A stretch of DNA of 64,000 nt. Source: an uncultured Leptospirales bacterium. Its GTDB lineage: Bacteria; Spirochaetota; UBA4802; UBA5550. Made by a program: the position numbers and the translations under genes. The stretch spans positions 159,821 through 223,820 of the forward strand of contig CAYTNW010000002.1 of assembly GCA_964439325.1 (NCBI GenBank), written 5' to 3'. Positions 58,194 through 64,000 of the stretch are shown here, piece by piece. Every line of letters starts with the position of its first letter. The stretch's first letter is position 1. Under the pieces are notes generated by a model. The model did no database searches. It was not told the DNA's origin and saw nothing but the letters and a program-made list of their open reading frames with translations.

Positions 58194-59108
58194 ATGAGAA
58201 GAGAGAAAAAATTTGCTGATCAGATAAAAGACAGGGATTTTATCATCACAGCAGAATATCTGCCGAAAGCGGGAACAGACGGGAACAGTATCAAATCCGT
58301 CGCAGGTTTTTTAAAAGAGGTCCCGTCGGCGGTCAATGTTTCAGACAATCCTTTCGGCGTGTCGATGTCAAGTCTTGCGGCGTCAATTCATCTGCTGAAT
58401 GCAGGTATCGAACCGGTTTTTCAGATGGTGACACGGGACAGGAACCGTATTGCAATTCAGTCCGATATTCTGGGGGCGTCGTCACTTGGCATTAACAATA
58501 TGCTTTGCCTTTCAGGCTATCATCAGATTCTTACTGATGATCCTGAATCCTCGAACGTATATGATATAGATTCAACCCAGCTGCTGGCTATGATCGAGAA
58601 GTTCAGAAAAAGCAATGAACTGCTTAACGGCACAAAATTTGAAGGTCCGTTCAATATGCTTACAGGCGCAGTTGCAAATCCGTATATGAAACCGCTTGAG
58701 CTTAACATCCTGCGGCTCGAACAGAAGGTTGACGCAGGGGCGCGTTTTATCCAGACCCATGGCGTGTTGGATATCGAGTCATTTAAAATATGGCTTAATG
58801 CAGCGAAAGAAGCCGGGATTACCGATAAAGCCGTAATTATCGCCGGAATACTCCCGCTTGAGAGCGCAGAGGAAGCGGTGAAGTTGAGAGATAAGTACAC
58901 AGATTTTACAATTCCTGATAGAATAATAGAAAGAATAAAAAACGCCGGAGACGCTGAAGCGCAGAGAAAAGAGGGGATAGCTGTCTGTGTTGAAATAATA
59001 GAACAGCTGAAAGGGGTCAGCGGTCTCGGCGGAATACATATATTGTCGGGCGGAAAAGAGAGTGTAATACCTGAAATTCTTACAGCCTCCGGTTTATCCG
59101 GCAAGTGA
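58194..59108 (+). CDS. metF: Methylenetetrahydrofolate reductase
   Basis: MTHFR TIM-barrel pattern (FIITAEYLPKAG..., VNVSDNPFG, FQMVTRDRNR, NMLCLSGY, GARFIQTH). 304 aa. Confidence 0.85.
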   Translation: MRREKKFADQIKDRDFIITAEYLPKAGTDGNSIKSVAGFLKEVPSAVNVSDNPFGVSMSSLAASIHLLNAGIEPVFQMVTRDRNRIAIQSDILGASSLGINNMLCLSGYHQILTDDPESSNVYDIDSTQLLAMIEKFRKSNELLNGTKFEGPFNMLTGAVANPYMKPLELNILRLEQKVDAGARFIQTHGVLDIESFKIWLNAAKEAGITDKAVIIAGILPLESAEEAVKLRDKYTDFTIPDRIIERIKNAGDAEAQRKEGIAVCVEIIEQLKGVSGLGGIHILSGGKESVIPEILTASGLSGK

Positions 59109-59133
59109 TTTGATGGAAAACTGGAGATAGATT

Positions 59134-60540
59134 ATGCCGGAAAAATATCATATAGAAACAAAACCTGTTCCTCCCCGGAGGCCGCGTATAGGAAAATACG
59201 GTATCATCGACTGGCGAGAGGACTGCGCGAGGTGTCATAACTGCGTCAAGAAGGCGTGCGTTTATGACAGGCACAGGGATGAAATAAAATACATAAGAAA
59301 CATGGAGGATGTCGACGCGCTGTTCTTCGACTGCATGGGGTGTTTTTCATGCGTACAGGAGTGTACTAAAAACCTGCTGAGACTTTCGATAAATCCCGAA
59401 TACAGCAGGCTCGGCAATGACTACTGGACTCCGCAGATAATCCAGACCACGTGGCTTCAGGCAGAAACCGCGAAGGTTCCTGTGTCAGGTGCCGGTTACG
59501 GCGGAAGATTCTGCGGTTACGGCTTCGATTCCATGTGGACAGATATGTCGGAGATAGTAAGGCCCACAAGAGACGGAATCCACGGCCGTGAGTACATAAG
59601 CACAGCGGTAGATATCGGGCGGAAGAGATCGTTTCTTGAAATGAAGGATGGAGAGGTATCGGCAGACATCCCTCCTGTCATATCCGTGTCAATGCCGATG
59701 ATTATCGATATGATGCCGGGGAGTTATGATCTGCCGCTGCTTGATCAGTTTATACTTGAGACTGCGTACAGAACAGAACTGATTGCACTGATGAATTCGA
59801 AAAAGTGGCCTTTCGATATAAAGGAAAAGGAGAGGTATCTGCCGAATACAGGATTTTATTTTGAAGCAGGCTCACCGATATTGCCTGCAGCCGTTCTTAA
59901 AAGAACTGGTTTCGCGGAGATTGAGGATTCGGGAGATATAAATCTCAGGATAAAAGAACTGAAGCAGGTCAATCCGGATATTGTTGTATCTGTAAGGGTT
60001 AACCTTGACAGCAGCGGGATTGATCGTGCGGTGGAACTGTCGATGCATGATGTAGAGGTAATACATATAGTTGCTGATACGAATGGCAAACAGAAGGGTG
60101 TTGAGAATCCCCTCCATATAAAAGACATGATCCGCAGAGTCCATAAATCCCTGATTGAGAACGGAGCAAGGGATGACGTGACAATAATTGCCGGCGGCGG
60201 AATTGCGCTTCCAGAGCATGTCACAAAGGGACTTCTGTGCGGTACCGACCTTGTTTCTGTAGAGCTTCCGCTTCTTATTTCTCTCGAATGTCACCTCTGT
60301 GCACGATGCTCAGGTGAAAAATCGTGCCCGGCAAAAATCAGAGAAGCTGGTTTTGATTACAGCACAGGGAGGATGACAAACCTGATCGCAGCATGGCACG
60401 ACCAGATAATAGAGATGATGGGTGCCATGGGTATAAGGGACGCAAGACGTCTAAGGGGAGATGTCGGGCGCGCAATGTTTTTTGAACAACTGGAGGAGGA
60501 AACCTTTGGAAAACTATTCGGAACAAGAAAACAGGCTTAA
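59134..60540 (+). CDS. Divergent GltB-FMN-domain-like FeS protein (paralogue of the next gene)
   Basis: N-terminal Cys clusters (CARCHNCVKKAC; CMGCFSCVQEC). TIM-barrel end IIAGGGIALPEHVTKGLLCGTDLVSVE. A late Cys cluster CHLCARCSGEKSCP. It is collinear with 60506..62095, but I cannot find the GAKPGxGG signature. Confidence 0.7.
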   Translation: MPEKYHIETKPVPPRRPRIGKYGIIDWREDCARCHNCVKKACVYDRHRDEIKYIRNMEDVDALFFDCMGCFSCVQECTKNLLRLSINPEYSRLGNDYWTPQIIQTTWLQAETAKVPVSGAGYGGRFCGYGFDSMWTDMSEIVRPTRDGIHGREYISTAVDIGRKRSFLEMKDGEVSADIPPVISVSMPMIIDMMPGSYDLPLLDQFILETAYRTELIALMNSKKWPFDIKEKERYLPNTGFYFEAGSPILPAAVLKRTGFAEIEDSGDINLRIKELKQVNPDIVVSVRVNLDSSGIDRAVELSMHDVEVIHIVADTNGKQKGVENPLHIKDMIRRVHKSLIENGARDDVTIIAGGGIALPEHVTKGLLCGTDLVSVELPLLISLECHLCARCSGEKSCPAKIREAGFDYSTGRMTNLIAAWHDQIIEMMGAMGIRDARRLRGDVGRAMFFEQLEEETFGKLFGTRKQA

Positions 60541-62095
60541 GGATATTATTCCTGAGAACACACTCAAAACCAGGACAATACAGCATAAAGAGCCGAGAAC
60601 AATAAAGCCTGTACCTCCGAGATACAGGAACGAGATGGGTAAATACATAACCCTGCGTGATGAGGAAAAGTGCATTATGTGCGGGCGATGCGTTGAGATA
60701 TGTCCGCAGGGTGTTCATGTCCATAAAGAGGGTTATAAATATTTTTCCGAACCGAAGAATAATCTCTGTTTCGGAATTAAATGCAGAGATAAGGGATGTT
60801 ACTGTGCGGATGCGTGTCCTGCAGGAGCGCTGAAGGTGGAGGAAAACCCGATGCTCGAGGTACTGGGTGATTTCAGGTGGACTGCGGAGATGATCCTTGC
60901 CACGTGGAAAATGGCTGAAACAGGGGATGTGCCGTCTCCGGATTACGGCCTCGAATACGAAACAGGAAATTCGGGAGGGGGATTTGACCGTTTACGGTTC
61001 AGGTTTCCCGATAAGCCGGCAAAGGAATACAGGCCGGAGGATATAGACACTTCGCTGAAACTAAATAAAAGGAACGACGGAAGGCCCGAAGTAAAAATTG
61101 ATGTCCCGTGGTACGGGGGCGGAATGTCGTTCGGATCTGTAAGCAACACGACACAGCTCTCAAAGGCGAGGGCTGCTGTCGCATGGAACACCTTTACCTG
61201 TACCGGTGAGGGGGGATACATGGAGAGGATGCGTCTCTATGACGACCATGTTATCACACAGGTCGCGACCGGACTGTTCGGAGTAAGGGAGGAGACTATT
61301 CAGCGTGTTCCGATCGTCGAGTTCAAATACGCGCAGGGTGCTAAACCGGGACTCGGCGGACATTTGCTTGGAGATAAAAACACCCCCGCTGTAGCGATGA
61401 TGAGGGGAACAGTTGTCGGAATTCCGCTATTCTCGCCGTTCCCGTTCCACAGCGTATATTCAATCGAAGACCACATGAAGCATATCGACTGGATTAAACA
61501 TATAAACAGGCGAGTGCTTATTTCGAGCAAGGTCTCAACGCCGAATGATGTGGATATGGTCGCAGTAGGGAGCTATTCGGCGGGGACCCATATTATACAC
61601 CTTGACGGAGGTTACGGCGGCACAGGCGCGGCTCCGGAGATCGCGAAAAAGAACATAGCTATGCCGATTGAGTACGCGATCCCGAAAGTGCACAACTTCC
61701 TTGTCGCAGAAGGTGCGAGAGAGGGCGTGACGCTGATCGCGAGCGGAGGTATCCGTAACCCTTATGATATGGCAAAAGCGATTGCTCTCGGCGCTGACGG
61801 TATTGTTGTGGGAACAATGGAGATGATAGCGCTTGGATGCGTGAGGTGCGGAAGGTGTTCTGCCGGAAGGGGATGCCCCAGATGTATAGCCACCACTGAT
61901 AAAAAACTCGCGCCGAAAATCGACCTCGAGTGGGGCGCTCAGAGATTAATAAATACATATAATGCATGGAGAAATGAACTGATACGGATCCTTATAAGGC
62001 TGGGACTTGGAAGCGTAGCTGAATTGAGAGGGCGTTCGGATCTGCTTATGCATCTTGACTATAATAATGACAGGGAGCAGAGCCATGAAAGATAA
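60506..62095 (+). CDS. Glutamate synthase FMN-binding domain protein with N-terminal 4Fe-4S ferredoxin module (archaeal-type GltB domain 2)
   Basis: CIMCGRCVEICPQGVH... and CADACPAGA (ferredoxin). YAQGAKPGLGGHLLGDK and IASGGIRNPYDMAKAIALGADGIVVGT (Glu_synthase signatures). CVRCGRCSAGRGCPRC. The start is uncertain: TTG 60506 after GGAGGAGGA, or ATG 60461. Confidence 0.8.
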   Translation: MENYSEQENRLKDIIPENTLKTRTIQHKEPRTIKPVPPRYRNEMGKYITLRDEEKCIMCGRCVEICPQGVHVHKEGYKYFSEPKNNLCFGIKCRDKGCYCADACPAGALKVEENPMLEVLGDFRWTAEMILATWKMAETGDVPSPDYGLEYETGNSGGGFDRLRFRFPDKPAKEYRPEDIDTSLKLNKRNDGRPEVKIDVPWYGGGMSFGSVSNTTQLSKARAAVAWNTFTCTGEGGYMERMRLYDDHVITQVATGLFGVREETIQRVPIVEFKYAQGAKPGLGGHLLGDKNTPAVAMMRGTVVGIPLFSPFPFHSVYSIEDHMKHIDWIKHINRRVLISSKVSTPNDVDMVAVGSYSAGTHIIHLDGGYGGTGAAPEIAKKNIAMPIEYAIPKVHNFLVAEGAREGVTLIASGGIRNPYDMAKAIALGADGIVVGTMEMIALGCVRCGRCSAGRGCPRCIATTDKKLAPKIDLEWGAQRLINTYNAWRNELIRILIRLGLGSVAELRGRSDLLMHLDYNNDREQSHER

Positions 62096-64000
62096 CATGG
62101 TTGAAAGGATATCGGAATCAAGAAGGCATCTTCTTGAAAATATAGAGTTTCCTTCTATTGTAAGAAAGGGGGAGGAGGAGGGCGGCTGCGGAGTAGTAGG
62201 TTTCTGCTGCAGCGAACCTGTTGCAGGAAAGCATATCTATGAACCTTCAAAGCAGATGCATAACCGCGGTAACGGAAAAGGTGGCGGAATTGCGGCCGTC
62301 GGTTTTGTACCGGAACAGCTTGGTGTAAGCAGGGAGATACTTGATGATTATTACATGCTCCATATAGCTCTGCTGGAACCGGATGTGAAGGGTGAAGTCG
62401 AAAAGGAGTTTATCTATCCGTATTTTGATGTGGCAGCCGCCGCGATGCTTGACAAGGTGGATGACTGGAAAACAGTTCCGGGTCTTGAGGTGCTGCCGCC
62501 GGATGTGTGCAGATACTTTGTCAGGGTAAAAACAGAGGTCCTCGATAAATTCATAAATGATAACAGACTGGAAGGTATGGATCGCCGCGAAGCTGAGGAT
62601 GAGTTTTTAAACCAGAACAGCTTCAGACTCAACCAGAAGAATTACGCAGCTCACGGCGACAAGAAGGCATTTGTCCTGTCGCACGGAAGAAATATAATGA
62701 TACTTAAAGTCGTCGGCTTTGCCGAGGCGATTGTCGATTATTATAAAATAAGAGAGCTTAAAGCACACACATGGATAGCCCATCAGCGCTTCCCCACCAA
62801 GGGGCGGGTCTGGCATCCTGCCGGCGCACATCCTTTTACGGGAATTAACATGGCGCTTGTACATAACGGGGACTTCGCTAACTATCATTCCGTAACGGAA
62901 CATCTTCTGCAGAGAAATATTTATCCGCAGTTTCTGACAGATACGGAAGTTTCCGCGCTGCTGTTTGATCTTATGAACAGGACTTATCACTATTCTCTTG
63001 AACATATAATTGAAGCCTTTGCGCCTACATCCGAACTCGATTTCGACAGGCTGTCAGAAGAAAAACAGAAGCTGTACAGGGCTATACAGGCGACTCATAT
63101 TCACGGATCACCCGACGGCCCGTGGTTTTTCATTATAACGAGAAATGTTCCTGAAAAGAGAGAGTTCCAGCTGCTCGGTATTACAGATACAGCTATGCTG
63201 AGACCGCAGGTTTTCGCTTTCTGTGACGGAGAGGTACAGGTGGGGCTGATAGCCTCGGAAAAACAGGCAATCGACGCTACGCTGGTGAGTCTTTCAAAGG
63301 ATGATCCGAGGATATGCCCCGTAGCGGAGAAGTACTGGAATGCCCGGGGAGGGAGCCATACCGATGGAGGAGCATTTATCTTCACTGTCTCCGGACAATC
63401 GGGAAAGATGCGCATAAGCTGTGCTGACAAGTTCGGAAAACCGGTGGCTTTGCCGCATGATGGAGAGGCATGTGTATTTGATTCGGAAACATGGAAATCA
63501 CACGGAACAGGCAGTGAAATCGAAAACAGTATAAAACACCTTAGCGTTAAATCGGCTTCGGAACTTTACGGGTATATAAGCAAAAATATTCCTTCATGGA
63601 GCTACGATGATGTACGAAATGTTCTGAGGATGATTACCGAAAACGCTCAGGATTCATCCGGAATAAATATAGCGATCAGCACATTATCACTGTTGAATGA
63701 TATGAAATATCCTGTCGGCAGCAAGAAAAGAAGCAATATAATACATCTTGTCAGGAGCGAGCTGACAAATCTTTTTAAAAATATACCGTATCTGGATGAT
63801 GACAGAGCAGCTGTCGTTACATACAGGCGTATTGATCTTGGGTCAAGAGAGAGCCTCAGGAGCCCGATGAACGATGAATCGGTACTTGTGATAGATGCGG
63901 CCGGTTTTGACGCAGAGGGAGTTAAAAGTGATGCGTCGTTACTGATGGATGCATACATGAAAGGATGGAAACAGTTCATTACATTCGGCTGCATGGGACA
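62085..64000 (+). CDS. Class-II glutamine amidotransferase fused to the start of a GXGXG (GltB domain 3)-like region; 3' end outside the window
   Basis: Not in the track because no stop occurs before the window edge. The frame is open from ATG 62085 (overlapping the upstream stop by 11 nt). Motifs: GGCGVVGF, AHQRFPTKG, LVHNGDFANY, TDTEV. The end reads ...VLVIDAAGFDAEGVKSDASLLMDAYMKGWKQFITFGCMG. The four minus-strand track ORFs here are shadows. Confidence 0.8.
   Translation, partial: MKDNMVERISESRRHLLENIEFPSIVRKGEEEGGCGVVGFCCSEPVAGKHIYEPSKQMHNRGNGKGGGIAAVGFVPEQLGVSREILDDYYMLHIALLEPDVKGEVEKEFIYPYFDVAAAAMLDKVDDWKTVPGLEVLPPDVCRYFVRVKTEVLDKFINDNRLEGMDRREAEDEFLNQNSFRLNQKNYAAHGDKKAFVLSHGRNIMILKVVGFAEAIVDYYKIRELKAHTWIAHQRFPTKGRVWHPAGAHPFTGINMALVHNGDFANYHSVTEHLLQRNIYPQFLTDTEVSALLFDLMNRTYHYSLEHIIEAFAPTSELDFDRLSEEKQKLYRAIQATHIHGSPDGPWFFIITRNVPEKREFQLLGITDTAMLRPQVFAFCDGEVQVGLIASEKQAIDATLVSLSKDDPRICPVAEKYWNARGGSHTDGGAFIFTVSGQSGKMRISCADKFGKPVALPHDGEACVFDSETWKSHGTGSEIENSIKHLSVKSASELYGYISKNIPSWSYDDVRNVLRMITENAQDSSGINIAISTLSLLNDMKYPVGSKKRSNIIHLVRSELTNLFKNIPYLDDDRAAVVTYRRIDLGSRESLRSPMNDESVLVIDAAGFDAEGVKSDASLLMDAYMKGWKQFITFGCMG

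Noticed and set aside
62414-63994. Four minus-strand track ORFs: 62414-62632, 62607-63005, 63101-63430 and 63647-63994.
   Set aside because: The plus-strand frame from 62085 is open to the window end and encodes clear class-II amidotransferase motifs (CGVVGF, HQRFPTKG, VHNGDFANY). The minus ORFs are shadows. The real gene is missing from the track only because it has no stop in the window.

Overview
This is a 64-kb chromosomal segment. It appears to come from an anaerobic, motile bacterium with an outer membrane and moderate-to-low GC (judged by eye, not computed). The lineage cannot be fixed from sequence alone. The gene content includes a PorV/FadL-like outer-membrane protein (OMP), a small FlgD-Ig-like secreted protein, surface proteins with BspA-type LRRs, Listeria-Bacteroides repeats or GLUG motifs, and an RRM RNA-binding protein. 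That mix fits FCB-group/Fibrobacteres-like or spirochaete genomes.

Layout:
(1) 1-23.6 kb is housekeeping and sensory. It holds a hybrid sensor kinase, an Rnk homologue, a metallophosphoesterase-nucleotidyltransferase fusion, an RRM protein, tlyA and ackA. It also holds an OMP-folP-cdaA-cdaR operon, a GalT-like gene, two tRNA-CAU genes, patatin-lnt, an EF-G gene and a TonB-like gene.
(2) 23.6-31.7 kb is a yefM-yoeB toxin-antitoxin module followed by a surface-protein island: a GLUG lipoprotein, a CsgG-like protein and two tandem LRR paralogues.
(3) 32.2-39.9 kb holds a PAS kinase with a LuxR-type regulator, an MCP with CheW, and an unusual YihY/BrkB protein with an inserted beta-propeller.
(4) 40.3-57 kb is a nitrogen block with three parts:
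- sigma54 promoter, amtB, glnK and a TorF-like porin;
- sigma54 promoter, nifH-nifI1-nifI2-nifD-nifK-nifE-nifN-nifB, a 2Fe-2S ferredoxin, a HEPN-like ORF, nifV and a GNAT;
- a NifA-like activator.
(5) 57.5-64 kb holds an MvhD-like gene, metF and a split archaeal-type glutamate-synthase-like gene set that runs off the window.

The most interesting non-obvious signals are:
- a TACAA-N2-TTGTA palindrome recurring upstream of amtB, nifH, the NifA-like gene and the mvhD/metF block;
- tight coupling of metF to duplicated FeS/FMN GltB-like genes;
- a ~170-bp MITE-like repeat family bracketing the tRNA locus;
- two unusual domain architectures (YihY plus propeller, and phosphoesterase plus NTase).

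No CRISPR array, rRNA, transposase or integrase was seen.
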